Shown here piece by piece: positions 15,301-29,800 of a stretch of 64,000 bases of DNA. The position numbers and the translations under genes were made by a program. This DNA is from the human T2T-CHM13v2.0 reference genome, Homo sapiens. Each line of letters starts with the position of its first letter. The first letter of the stretch is position 1. Where the stretch lies: the NCBI RefSeq assembly GCF_009914755.1, contig NC_060933.1; one strand, written 5' to 3'. The notes under the pieces were generated by a model. The model saw only the letters and a list, made by a program, of their open reading frames with translations. It searched no databases and was not told the DNA's origin.

Positions 15301-18300
15301 GGTTGATTCCATTCCATTCCAATCCATTCTAGTTTTTTCCATTCCATTCCATTCCATTTCACTCCATTCCATTGCACTCGGGTTGATTCCATTCCATTCC
15401 ATTCCATTGCATTCCATTCCATTCCATTCCGGATGATTCCATTCCATTCCATTCGATTCCATTCCATTCCAATTCTTTCCATTCCATTCTATTCCGTACC
15501 ATGCCTTTCCATTCCATACAATTCCATTCCAATCCATTCCACTCCGTTCCGTTCCGTTCCGTTCCGTTCCATTCCATTCCATTCCATTCTATTCGGGTTA
15601 ATTCCATTCCATTCCATTCGATTGCAATCGAGTTGATTCCATTCCATTCCATTCCATTCCATTCCATTCCATTCCATTCCATTCCTTTCCATTCCATTAC
15701 GGATGATTCCATTCCATTGCATTCCATTCCATTCCATTCCCCTGTACTCGGGTTGATTCCATTCCATTCCATTCCAATCCATGCCATTCCACTCGTGTTC
15801 ATTCCATTCTTTCCATTCCATTCAAGTTGAATCTATTCCATTGCCTTCCATTCCATTCCATTCCCCTGCAGTCGGGTTGATTCCATTCCATTCCATTCCA
15901 TTCCATTCCATTCCATTCCATTCCGTTCCGTTCCGTTCCATTCCATTCCATTCCATTCTATTCGGGTTAATTCCATTCCATTCCATTCCAATCGATTTGA
16001 TTCCATTCCATTCCATTCCATTCCATTCCATTCCACTCCATTCCATTCCTTTCCATTCCATTCCACTCGGGTTGATTCCAATGTATTCCTTTCCATTCTA
16101 TTCCATTCCATTGCAATCGAGTTGATTCCATTGCTTTGCATTCCATTCCATTCCATTCCATTCCGGATGATTCCATTCCATTGCATTCCGTTCCATTACA
16201 TTCCCCTGCACTCGCGTTGATTGCATTCCATTCCACTCCATTCCGTTCCATTACATTCCATTGCATTGTATTCGGGTTAATTCCATTCCATTCCATTCCA
16301 TTCCATTCCATTCCATTCCGTTGCATTCCATTCCATTACTTTCGGATTGATTCTATTCAACTCCCTTACTCTCCATTACATTCCATTCCATTCTGGTTGT
16401 TCCATTCCATTCCATTCCATTCCATTGCACTCGGGTTGATTCCATTCCATTCCATTCCATTCCAATCCATTCCGGATGATTCCATTCCATTGCATTCCTT
16501 TCCATTACATTCCCCTTCACTCGCGTTGATTCCATTCCATTCCATTCCATTCCATTCCATTCAATTCCATTCCATTACAATTCGTTCCATTCCATTCTAT
16601 TCCGTACCATTCCATTCCATTCCATACAATTCCATTCTATTCCATTCCATTCCATTCCGTTCCATTCCGTTCCATTGCATTCCATTCCATTCTATTCGGA
16701 TTAATTCCATTCCATTCCATTCCATTCCATTCTATTCCATTCCATTGCAATCGAGTTGAATCCATTGCATTTCATTCCATTCCATTCCATTCCGGAAGAT
16801 ACCATTCCATTCCATTCCATTCCACTCCATTCCATTGCACTCGGGTTGATTCCATTCCATTCCATTCCATTCCATTCCATTCCATTCCATTCCATTCCAT
16901 TCCCCTGCACTCGCGTTGATTCCATTCCATTCCATTCTATTCCATTCCATTCCCTTCCTTTCCGTTCCATTCCATTCCATTCCATTCCATTCCGTTCCGT
17001 TCCGTTCCATTCCATTCCATTCCATTCTATTCGGGTTAATTCCACTCCATTCCATTCGATTGCAATCGAGTTGATTCCATTCCATTCCATTCCATTCCAT
17101 TCCATTCCTTTCCATTCCATTACGGATGATTCCATTCCATTGCATTCCATTCCATTCCATTCCGCTGTACTCGGGTTGATTCCATTCCATTACATTCCAA
17201 TCCATGCCATTCCACTCGTGTTGATTCCATTCTTTCCATTCCATTCAAGTTGAATCCATTCCATTGCATTCCATTCCATTCGATTCCATTCGATTGCACT
17301 CGGGTTGATTCCATTCCACTGCATTCCATTCCATTCCATTCCATTCCATTCCATTCCGTTCCATTCCATTCCATTACATTCGGATTGATTCTATTCAATT
17401 CCCTTAGACTCCATTACATTCCATTCCATTCGGGTAGTTTCCATTCCATTCCATTCCATTCCTCTCCATTCCATTGAACTCGGGTTGATTCCATTCCATT
17501 CCATTCCATTCCATTGCATTCAATTCCATTCCGTTCCATTCCATTCCATTACATTCGGATTGATTCTATTCAACTCCCTTACTCTCCATTACATTCCATT
17601 CCATTCGGGTTGTTCCATTCCATTCCATTCCATTCCACTCCATTCCATTGCACTCGGGTTTATTCCATTCCATTCCATTCCATTCCATTCCATTCCATTC
17701 CGGAAGATTCCATTCCATTGCATTCCATTCCATTCCATTCCCCTGCACTCGCGTTGATTCCATTCCATTCCATTCCATACCATTCCTTTCCGTTCCATTC
17801 CATTCCATTCCATTCCATTCCAATCCATTCCATTCCGTTCCGTTCCGTTCCATTCCATTCCATTCCATTCTATTCGGGTTAATTCCATTCCATTCCGTTC
17901 GATTGCAATCGAGTTGATTCCATTCCATTCCATTCCATTCCATTCCATTCATTTCCATTCCATTACGGATGATTCCATTCCATTGCATTCCATTCCATTC
18001 CATTCCTCTGTACTCGGGTTGATTCCATTCCATTCCATTCCAATCCATGCCATTCCACTCGTGTTGATTCCATTCTTTCCATTTCATTCAAGTTGAATCC
18101 ATTCCTTTGCATTCCATTCCATTCCATTCACCTGCAGTCGGGTTGTTTCCATTCCATTCCATTCCATTCCCCTGCTGTCGGGTTGTTTCCATTCCATTCC
18201 TTTCCATTCCATTCCATTCCATTCCATTCCGTTCCGTTCCGTTCAATTCCATTCCATTCCATTCTATTCGGGTTAATTCCATTCCATTCCATTCCATTCC

Positions 18301-21300
18301 ATTCCAATCGAGTTGATTCCATTCCATTCCATTTCATTCCATTCCACTCCATTCCAGTCCTTTCCATTCCATTCCACTCGGGTTGATTCCAATGTATTCC
18401 TTTCCATTCCATTCCATTCCATTGCAATCGAGTTGATTCCATTGCTTTGCATTCCATTCCATTCCATTCCATTCCGGATGATTCCATTCCATTGCATTCC
18501 ATTCCATTCCATTCTCCTGCACTCGGGTTGATTCCATTCCATTCCACTCCATTCCGTTCCATTCCATTCCATTCCATTGTATTCGGGTTAATTCCATTCC
18601 ATTGCATTCCATTCCATTCCATTCCATTACAATCGAGTTGATTCCATTCCATTCCATTCCATTCCATTCCACTCCAGTCCTTTCCATTCCTATCCATTCC
18701 ATTACGGATGATTCCATTCCATTGCTTTCCATTCCATTCCATTCCCCTGTACTCGGGTTGATTCCATTCCATTCCATTCCAATCCATGCCATTCCACTCG
18801 TGTTGATTCCATTCTTTCCTTTCCATTCAAGTTGAATCCATTCCATTGCATTCCATTCCATTCGATTCCATTCGATTGCACTCGGGTTGATTCCATTCCA
18901 TTGCATTCCATTCCACTCCTTTCCATTCCATTCCATTCCATTCCGTTCCATTCCATTTCATTACATTCAGATTGATTCTATTCAATTCCCTTACACTCCA
19001 TTATATTCCAATCCATTCTGGTTGTTTCCATTCCATTCCATTCCATTTCACTCCATTCCATTGCACTCGGGTTGATTCCATTCCATTCCATTCCATTGCA
19101 TTCCATTCCATTCCATTCCGGATGATTCCATTCCATTGCATTCCATTCCATTCCATTCCCCTGCACTCGTGTTGATTCCATTCCATTCCATTCCATTACA
19201 TTTCCTTCCATTCCATTTCATTCCATTCGGATTGATTCTATTCAATTCCCTTACACTCCATTACATTCCATTCCATTCGGGTAGTTTCCATTCCATTCCA
19301 TTCCATTCCTCTCCATTCCATTGCACTCGGGTTGATTCCATTCCATTCCATTCCATTCCATTCCATTCCATTCCATTACATTACATTACATTCCATTCCA
19401 TTCCGTTCCATTGTTCTCGGGTTGATTCCATTCCATTGCATTCCATTCCATTCCATTCCATCCCATTCCATTCCATTCCATTCCATTCCATTCCGTTTCA
19501 TTCCATTACATTCGGATTGATTCTATTCAACTCCCTTACTCTCCATTACATTCCATTCCATTCGGGTTGTTCCATTCCATTCCATTCCATTCCACTCCAT
19601 TCCATTGCACTCGGGTTGATTCCATTCCATTCCATTCCATTCCATTCGATTCCATTCCATTCCAATTCTTTCCATTCCATTCTATTCCGTACCATGCCAT
19701 TCCATTCCTTACAATTCCATTCCATTCCATTCCACTCCGTTCTGTTCCGTTCCGTTCCGTTCCATTCCATTCCATTCCATTCTATTCGGGTTAATTCCAT
19801 TCCATTCCATTCGATTGCAATCGAGTTGATTCCATTCCATTCCATTCCATTCCTTTCCATTCCATTCCATTCCTTTCCATTCCATTGCGGATGATTCCAT
19901 TCCATTGCATTCCATTTCATTCCATTCCCCTGTACTCGGGTTGATTCCATTCCATTCCATTCCAATCCATGCCATTCCATTCCATTCCGTTCCGTTCCAT
20001 TCCATTCCATTCCATTCTATTCGGGTTAATTCCATTCCATTCCATTCCATTCCAATCGAGTTGATTCCATTCCATTCCATTCCATTCCATTCCACTCCAT
20101 TCCAGTCCTTTCCATTCCATTCCACTCGGGTTGATTCCAATGTATTCCTTTCCATTCCATTCCATTCCATTGCAATCGAGTTGATTCCATTGCTTTGCAT
20201 TCCATTACATTCCATTCCATTCGGGATGATTCCATTCCTTTGCATTCCATTCCATTCCATTCCCCTGCACTCGGGTTGATTCCATTCCATTCCATTCCAT
20301 TCCATTCCATTCCATTCCATTCCATTCCATTTCGTTCCATTCCATTCTATTCCGTATCATTCCATTCCATTCCATTCCATTCCTTTCCATTCCATTCCAT
20401 TCCACTGTGCTCGGGTTGATTCAATTCCATTGCATTCCATTCCATTCCATTCCATTCCATTCCGTTGCATTCCATTCCATTACATTCGGATTGATTCTAT
20501 TCAACTCCCTTACTCTCCATTACATTCCATTCCATTCTGGTTGTTCCATTCCATTCCATTCCATTCCACTCCATTCCATTGCACTCGGGTTGATTCCATT
20601 CCATTCCATTCCATTCCATTCCATTCCATTCCGGATGATTCCATTCCATTGCATTCCTTTCCATTACATTCCCCTGCACTCGCGTTGATTCCATTCCATT
20701 CCATTCCATTCCATTCAATTCCATTCCATTACAATTCGTTCCATTCCATTCTATTCCGTACCATTCCATTCCATTCCATACAATTCCATTCCATTCCATT
20801 CCATTCCATTCCGTTCCATTGCATTCCATTCCATTCTATTCGGATTAATTCCATTCCATTCCATTCCATTCCATTCTATTCCATTCCATTGCAATCGAGT
20901 TGAATCCATTGCATTTCATTCCATTCCATTCCATTTCATTCCATTCCGGAAGATTCCATTCCATTGCATTCCATTCCATTCCATTCCCCTGCACTCGCGT
21001 TGATTCCATTCCATTCCATTCCATTCCATTCCGTTCCGTTCCATTCCATTCCATTCCATTCCATTCCATTCCGTTCCGTTCCATTCCATTCCATTCCATT
21101 CTATTCGGGTTAATTCCATTCCATTCCATTCGATTGCATTCGAGTTGATTCCATTCCATTCCATTCCATTCCATTCCATTCCATTCCATTCCTTTCCATT
21201 CCATTACGGTTGATTCCATTCCATTGCATTCCATTCCATTCCATTCCCCTGTACTCGGGTTGATTCCATTCCATTCCATTCCAATCCATGCCATTCCACT

Positions 21301-23807
21301 CGTGTTGATTCCATTCTTTCCATTCCATTCAAGTTGAATCCATTCCATTGCATTCCATTCCATTCGATTCCATTTGATTGCACTCGGGTTGATTCCATTC
21401 CATTGCATTCCATTCCATTCCATTCCATTCCATTCCATTCCATTCCGTTCCTTTCCATTCCATTACATTCGGATTGATTCTATTCAATTCCCTTACACTC
21501 CATTACATTCCATTCGGGTAGTTTCCATTGCATTCCATTCCATTCCTCTCCATTCCATTGCACTCGGGTTGATTCCATTCCATTGCATTCCATTCCATTC
21601 CATTCAATTCCATTCCGTTCCATTCCATTCCATTACATTCGGATTGATTCTATTCAACTCCCTTACTCTCCATTACATTCCATTCCATTCGGGTTGTTCC
21701 ATTCCATTCCATTCCATTCCACTCCATTCCATTGCAATCGGGTTGATTCCATTCAATTCCATTCCATTCCATTCCATTCCATTCCGGAAGATTCCATTCC
21801 ATTACATTCCATTCCATTCCATTCCCCTGCACTCGCGTTGATTCCATTCCATTCCATTCTATTCCATTCCATTCCCTTCCTTTCCGTTCCATTCCATTCC
21901 ATTCCATTCCATTCCGTTCCGTTCCGTTCCATTCCATTCCATTCCATTCTATTCGGGTTAATTCCACTCCATTCCATTCGATTGCAATCGAGTTGATTCC
22001 ATTCCATTCCATTCCATTCCATTCAATTCCTTTCCATTCCATTATGGATGATTCCATTCCATTGCATTCCATTCCATTCCATTCCGCTGTACTCGGGTTG
22101 ATTCCATTCCATTACATTCCAATCCATGCCATTCCACTCGTGTTGATTCCATTCTTTCCATTCCATTCAAGTTGAATCCATTCCATTGCATTCCATTCCA
22201 TTCGATTCCATTCGATTGCACTCGGGTTGATTCCATTCCACTGCATTCCATTCCATTCCATTCCATTCCATTCCATTCCGTTCCATTCTATTCCATTACA
22301 TTCGGATTGATTCTATTCAATTCCCTTAGACTCCATTACATTCCATTCCATTCGGGTAGTTTCCATTCCATTCCATTCCATTCCTCTCCATTCCATTGAA
22401 CTCGGGTTGATTCCATTCCATTCCATTCCATTCCATTCCATTCCATTCCATTCAATTCCAATCGAGTTGATTCCATTCCATTCCATTCCATTCCATTTCA
22501 CTCCATTCCAGTCCTGTCCATTCCATTCCACTCGGGTTGATTCCAATGTATTCCTTTCCATTCCATTCCATTCCATTGCAATCGAGTTGATTCCATTGGT
22601 TTGCATTCCATTCCATTCCATTCCATTCCGGATGATTCCATTCCATTGCACTCAATTCCATTCCATTCCTCTCCATTCCATTGCACTCGGGTTGATTCCA
22701 TTCCATTTCATTCCATTCCATTCCATTCCTTTACATTACATTCCATTCCGTTCCTTTGTACTCGGGTTGATTCCATTCCATTGCATTCCATTCCATTCCA
22801 TTCCATTCCATTCCATTCCATTCCGTTCCATTCCATTACATTCGGATTGATTCTATTCAACTCCCTTACTCTCCATTCCATTCCATTCCATTCGGGTTGT
22901 TCCATTCCATTCCATTCCATTCCAGTCCATTCCATTGCGCTCGGGTTGATTCCATTCCATTCCATTCCATTCCATTCCATTCCATTCCGGATGATTCCAT
23001 TCCATTGCATTCCGTTCCATTACATTCCCTTGCACTCGGGTTGATTCCATTCCATTCCATTCCATTCCATTCGATTCCATTCCATTCCAATTCTTTCCAT
23101 TCCATTCTATTCCGTACCATTCCATTCCATTCCATACAATTCCATTCCATTCCATTCCACTCCGTTCCGTTCCTTTCCGTTCTGTTCCGTTCCATTCCAT
23201 TCCATTCCATTCTATTCGGTTTAATTCCATTCCATTCCATTCCATTCCATTCCATTCTATTCCATTCCATTGCAATCGAGTTGAATCCATTGCATTCCAT
23301 TCCATTCCATTCCATTCCATTCCATTCCGGAATATTCCATTCCATTGCATTCCGTTCCATTCCATTCCATTCCATTCCATTCGATTCCATTCGATTGCAC
23401 TCGGGTTGATTCCATTCCATTGTATTCCATTCCATTCCATTCCATTCCATTCCATTCCATTCCATTCCGTTCCATTCCATTCCATTACATTCGGATTGAT
23501 TCTATTCAATTCCCTTACACTCCATTACATTCCATTCCATTCGGGTAGTTTCCATTCCATTCCATTCCATTCCTCTCCATTCCATTGCACTCGGGTTGAT
23601 TCCATTCCATTGCATTCCATTCGATACCATTCAATTCCATTCCGTTCCATTCCATTCCATTACATTCGGATTGATTCTATTCAACTCCCTTACTCTCCAT
23701 TACATTCGATTCCATTCGGGTTGTTCCATTCCATTCCATTCCATTCCTCTCCTTTCCATTGCACTCGGGTTGATTCCATTCCATTCCATTCCATTCCGGA
23801 AGATTCC
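341..23807. promoter_or_regulatory. Perfect 3-unit heat-shock element matches (aTTCc-gGAAn-aTTCc), left set
   Basis: 15-mers start at about 341, 1628, 3596, 4434, 5462, 5542, 6269, 8151, 9719, 17697, 20943, 21781, 23324 (gGAAt variant) and 23793. They match the nTTCnnGAAnnTTCn HSF consensus. Function is inferred, not shown. Confidence 0.55.
11860..20680 (-). repeat. Direct duplication: ~11860-13960 copied at ~18670-20680, with a partial copy at ~14230-15170
   Basis: Shared rare variants attctttcctttcc, cattcagattg, ccattatattccaatcc and accatgcc occur in the same order. Near-identical ORF translations lie at offsets 6810 (12162/18972), 6716 (13479/20195) and 2367 (12162/14529). Confidence 0.7.
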
Positions 23808-23899
23808 ATTCCATTGCATTCCATTAAATTCCATTCCCCTGTACTCGCGTTGATTCCATTCCATTCCATTCCATTCCTTTGCATTCCATTGCATTCCAT

Positions 23900-26800
23900 T
23901 GCATTCCATTCCCCTGCACTCAGGTTGATTCCATTCCATTCCATTCCATTCCATTCTATTCGCGTTAATTCCATTCCACTCCATTCCATTACATTCCATT
24001 GCAATCGACTTGATTCCATTCCATTCCATTCCATTCCATTCCATTCCATTCCATTCCATTCCATTCCCTTCCATTCCACTCTGGTTGATTCCATTCCTTT
24101 CCATTCTACTCGATTGCATTCCCTTCTATTCCACTCGGATTGATTCCATTGCATTCCGTTCCATTCCATTCCATTTCGTTCCATTCCATTCTATTCCATT
24201 CCATTCCATTCCATTCCTTTCCATTCCATTCCGTTCCATTCCATTCCATTCCATTCCATTTCTTTCCATTCCATTCTATTCCATACCATTCCATTCCATT
24301 CCGTTCCATGCCATTCCACTCGGGTTGATTCCATTGCTTTCCATTCCATTTGGGTTGAATCCATTCCATTCCATTCCATTCCATTCCATTCCATTCCATT
24401 CCGTTCCATTCCATTCCATTACATTCGTATTGATTGTATTCAATTCCCTTACACTCCATTACATTCCATTCCATTCGGGTTGTTTCCATTCCATTCCATT
24501 CCATTCCACTCCATTCCATTGCAGTCGGGTTGATTCCATTCCATTCCATTCCATTCCCTTCCATTCCATTTCGTTCCATTCCATTCTATTCCATACCATT
24601 CCATTGCATTCCATTCCATTCCATTCCATTCCATTCCATGCCATTCCACTCGGGTTGATTCCTTTCCATTCCATTCCATTCGGGTTGAAACCATTCCATT
24701 CCATTCAATTCCATTCCATTTCGGATGATTGCATTCCATTGCCTTCCATTCAATTGCATTCCCCTGCACCCGGGTTGATTCCATTCAATTCCATTCCATT
24801 CCATTCCGTTCCATTCCATTCCATACCATTCCATTCCATTCCATTCCATTCTATTTGGGTTAATTCCATTCCATTCCATTCCATTCCATTCAGTTTCATT
24901 GCAATCGGGTTGATTCCATTCCGTTCCATTCCATTGCATTCCATTCCATTCCATTTCATTCCATTCCATTCCATTCCATTCAACTCTGGTTGATTCCATT
25001 CCTTTCCATTCCATTCGGGGTGAAGCCTTTCCATTCCATTCCATTCCTTTCGATTCCATTCCATTGCACTCGGGTTGATCCCATTCCTTTGCATTCCATT
25101 CCATTCCATTCCATTCCATTCCATTCCATTCCATTCCATTCCATTCCTTTCCATTCAATTCCATTACATTCGGATTGATTCTATTCAATTCCCTTAGAAT
25201 CCATCACATTCCATTCCATTCGGGTTGTTTCCATTCCTTTCGATTCCATTCAATTCCATTCCATTCCATTCCATTCCGTATGATTCCATTCCATTGCATT
25301 CTATTCCATTCCATTCCCCTGCACTCGGGTGGATTCCATTCTATTCCATTCCATTCCATTCCATTCCATTCCATTCCATTCCATTCCATTCCATTGAAAT
25401 CGAGTTGATTCCATTCCATTCCATTCCATTCAATTCCATTCCATTCCATTCTATTCTGGTTAAATCCATTCCATTCCATTCCATTCCCTTCCATTCCATT
25501 CCATTCTATTCCATTCCATTCCATTCTATTAGGGTTAATTCCATTCCATTCCATTCCATTCCATTCCATTCCATTCCATTGCAATCGAGTTGATTCCATT
25601 CCATTCTATTCCATTCCATTCCATTCAATTCCATTGAACTCGGGTTGATTCCATTCCATTCCATGCCATTCCATTTCATTCCAATCCATTGCCTTCCATT
25701 CCATTCCATTCCTCTGCACTCGGGTTGATTCCATTCCTTTCCATTCCATTCCATTCCATTCCATTCCATTGAAATCGAGTTGATTCCATTCCATTCCATT
25801 CCATTCAATTCCATTCCATTCCATTCTATTCGGGTTAATTCCATTCCATTCCATTCCATTCCCTTACATTCCATTCCATTCTATTCCATTCCATTCCATT
25901 CTATTAGGGTTAATTCCATTCCATTCCATTCCATTCCATTCCATTACATTCCATTGCATTCCTTTGCAATCGAGTTTATTCCATTCCATTCCATTCCATT
26001 CCATTCCATTCAATTCCATTGAACTCGGGTTGATTCCATTCCATTCCATGCCATTCCATTTCATTCCAATCCATTGCCTTCCATTCCATTCCATTCCTCT
26101 GCACTCGGGTTGATTCCATTCCTTTCCATTCCATTGGATTCCATTCCATGCCATTCCACTCGGGTTGATTCCATTACTTTCCATTCCATTCGAGTTGAAT
26201 CCATTCCATTCGATTCCATTCCATTCGATTCCATTCCATTGCTCACGGGTTCATTCCATTCCATTCCATTCCATTCCATTCTATTCCATTTCATTCCATT
26301 TCGTTCCATTCCATTCTCTTCCGTACCATTCCATTCCATTCCATTCCACTCCATTCCATGCCATTCCACTCGGGTTTATTCCATTCCTTTCCATTCCATT
26401 CGGGTTGAATTCATTCCATTCCATTCCATTCCATTCCATTCCATTCCATTGCACTCGGGTTGATTCCATTCCATTCCATTCCATTCCACTCCATTCCATT
26501 GCACTCGGGTTGATTCCATTCCTTTCCATTCCATTCCAGTTGAACCCATTCCATTCTATTCCATTCCATTCCATTCCATTCCATTCCATTCCATTCCATT
26601 CCTTTGCACACGGGTTCATTCCATTCCATTCCATTCCATTCCATTCCATTCCATTCCATTTCGTTCCATTCCATTCTATTCCTTACCATTCCATTCCATT
26701 CCATTCCCTTCCATGCCATTTCACTCGGGTTTATTCCATTCCTTTCCATTCCATTCCATTCCGTTCCATTCCATTCCATTCCATTCTGTTCAGGTTAATT

Positions 26801-29800
26801 CCATTCCATTCCATTCCCTTCCATTCCATTCCATTCCATTCCATTCCATCCAATTGCAATCGAGTTGATTCCATTGAATTCCATTCCATTCCATTCCATT
26901 CCATTGCATTCCATTCCATTAGATTCCATTCCATTGCTTTCCATTCCATTCCATTCCCCTGCACTCAGATTGATTCCATTCCATCCCATTCCATTCCATT
27001 CCGTTCCATTCCATTCCATTCCTTTCTATTCGCGTTAATTCCATTCCATTCCATTACATTCCATTGCAATCGAGTTGATTCCATTCCATTCCGTTCCATT
27101 CCATTCCATTCCATTCCATTTCGTTCCATTCCATTCTATTCCGTACCATTCCATTCCATTCCATTCCATTCCATTCCATTCCATTCCATGCCACTCCACT
27201 CGGGTTGATTCTATTGCTTTCCATTCCATTTGGGTTGAATCCAATCCATTCCATTCCATTCCATTCCATTCCATTCCATTGCACTAGGTTTGATTCCATT
27301 CCACTGCATTCCATTCCATTCCATTCTGTTCCATTCCATTCCATTACATTCGGATTGATTGTATTCAATTCCTTACACTCCATTACATTGCATTCCATTC
27401 GGGTTGTTTCCATTCCATTCCATTCCATTCCATTCCATTCCATTGCACTCAGGTTGATTCCATTCCATTCCATTCCATTCCATTCCATTCCATTCCATTC
27501 CATTCCATTCCATTCCATTCCATTTCGTTCCATTCCATTCTATTCCGTACCATTCCATTCCATTCCATTCCATTCCATTCCATGCCATTCCACTCGGGTT
27601 TATTCCATTCCTTTCCATTCCATTCGGGTTGAATCCATTCCATTCCATTCCATTCGATTCCATTCCATTCCATTGCACTCGGGTTGATTTCATTCCATTC
27701 CCTGCCGTTCCATTTCATTCCATTCCATTCCATTCCATTGCATTCCATTCCATTCCGTTCCATTCCATTCCATTACATTCGGATTGATTGTATTCTATTC
27801 CCTTACACTCCATTACATTCCATTCCATTCGTGTTGTTTCCGTTCCATTTCATTCCCTTCCACTCCATTCCATTGTACTCGGGTTGATTCCATTCCATTC
27901 CATTCCATTCCATGCCAATCCACTCGGGTTTATTCCATTCCTTTCCATTCCACTCGGGTTGAATCCATTCCATTCCATTCCATTCCATTCCATTCCATTC
28001 CATTCCCCTGCAATCGGGTGGATTCCATTCTATTCCATTCCATTCCTTTCCATTCCATTCCATTCCATTCCATTTCGTTCCATTCCATTCTATTCCGTAC
28101 CATTCCTTTCCATTCCATTCCATTCCATTTCATGCCATGCCATTCCACTCGGGTTGATTCCATTCCTTTCCATTCCATTCTAGTTGAATCCATTCCATTG
28201 CATTCCATTCCATTCGATTCCATTCAATTGCACACGGGTTCATTCCATTCCATTCCATTCCATTCCATTCCATTTCGTTCCATTCCATTCTATTCCGTAT
28301 CATTCCCTTCCATTCAATTCCATTCCACTCCATTCCATGCCATTCCACTCGGGTTTATTCCATTCCCTTCCATTCCATTCGGGTTGAATCCATTCCATTC
28401 CATTCCATTCCATTCCATTCCATTCCATTCCATGATATTCCACTCGGGTTGATTCCATTCTTTTCCATTCCATTCGAGTTGAACCCATTCCATTCCATTC
28501 CATTCCATTCCATTCCATTCCATTCCATTCCATTCCACTCGGGTTGATTCCATTCCTTTCCATTCCATTCGGGTTGAAACCATTCCATTCCATTCCATTC
28601 CTTTCGATTCCATTCCATTTCACTCGGGTTGATCCCATTCCATTGCATTCCATTCCATTCCATTGCATTCCATTCCGTTCCATTCTATTCCATTACATTC
28701 GTATTGATTCTATTCAATTCCCTTACTCTCCATTACATTCCATTCCATTCGGGTTGTTTCCATTCCATTCCATTCCATTCCACTCCATTCCATTGCACTC
28801 GGGTTGATTCCATTCCATTCCATTGCATTCCATTCCATTTCATTCCATTCCATTCCATTCCATTCCATTCCGTATGATTCCATTCCATTGCATTCCATTC
28901 CATTCCATTCCACTGCACTCGGTTGGATTCCATTCTATTCCATTCCATTCCATTCCATTCCATTCCATTCCATTCCATTCTATTCGGGTTAATTTCATTC
29001 CATTCCCTTCCATTCCATTCCATTCCATTCCATTCCATTGAAATCGAGTTGATTCCATTCCATTCCATTCCATTCCATTCCATTCCATTCTATTCGTGTT
29101 AATTCCATTCCATTCCATTCCATTCCATTCCCTTCCATTCCATTCCATTCCATTCCATTCCATTCTATTAAGGTTAATTCCATTCCATTCCATTCCATTC
29201 CACTCCATTCCATTCCATTCCACTCCATTCCATGCCATTCCACTCGGGTTTATTCCATTCCTTTCCATTCCATTCGGGTTGAGTACTTTCCATTCCATTG
29301 CATTCCATTCCATTCCATTCCATTCCATGCCATTGCACTCGGGTTGATTCCATTCCTTTCCATTCCATTCGAATTGAACCCATTCCATTCCCTTCCATTC
29401 CATTCCATTCCATTCCATTCCATTGCTCACGGGTTCATTCCATTCCATTCCATTCCATTCCATTCCATTCCATTTCGTTCCATTCCATTCTACTCCGTAC
29501 CATTCCATTCCATTCCATTCCCTTCCATGCCATTTCACTCGGGTTTCTTCCATTCCTTTCCATGCCATTCGGGTTGAATCCATTCCATTCCATTCCATTC
29601 CATTCCATTGCGCTCGGGTTGATTCCATTCCATTCTATGCCATTCCATTTCATTCCGTTCCATTCCATTCCATTCCTTTCCATTCCTTTCCTTTCAATTC
29701 CAATCCATTGCATTCGGATTGATTCTTTTTAATTCCCTTACACTCCATTACATTCCATTCCATTCGGGTACTTTCCATTCCATTCCATTCCATTCCACTG

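Larger units (their letters stand above)
1..23900 (-). repeat. Outer HSat3 sub-type A domain (left)
   Basis: Recurring markers: caatccatgccattccactcgtgttg, attctttccattccattcaagttgaatcc, caactcccttactctcc, ccattacggatg, attccggaagattcc, gggtagtttcc. Right boundary approximate (a few hundred bp). Confidence 0.75.
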
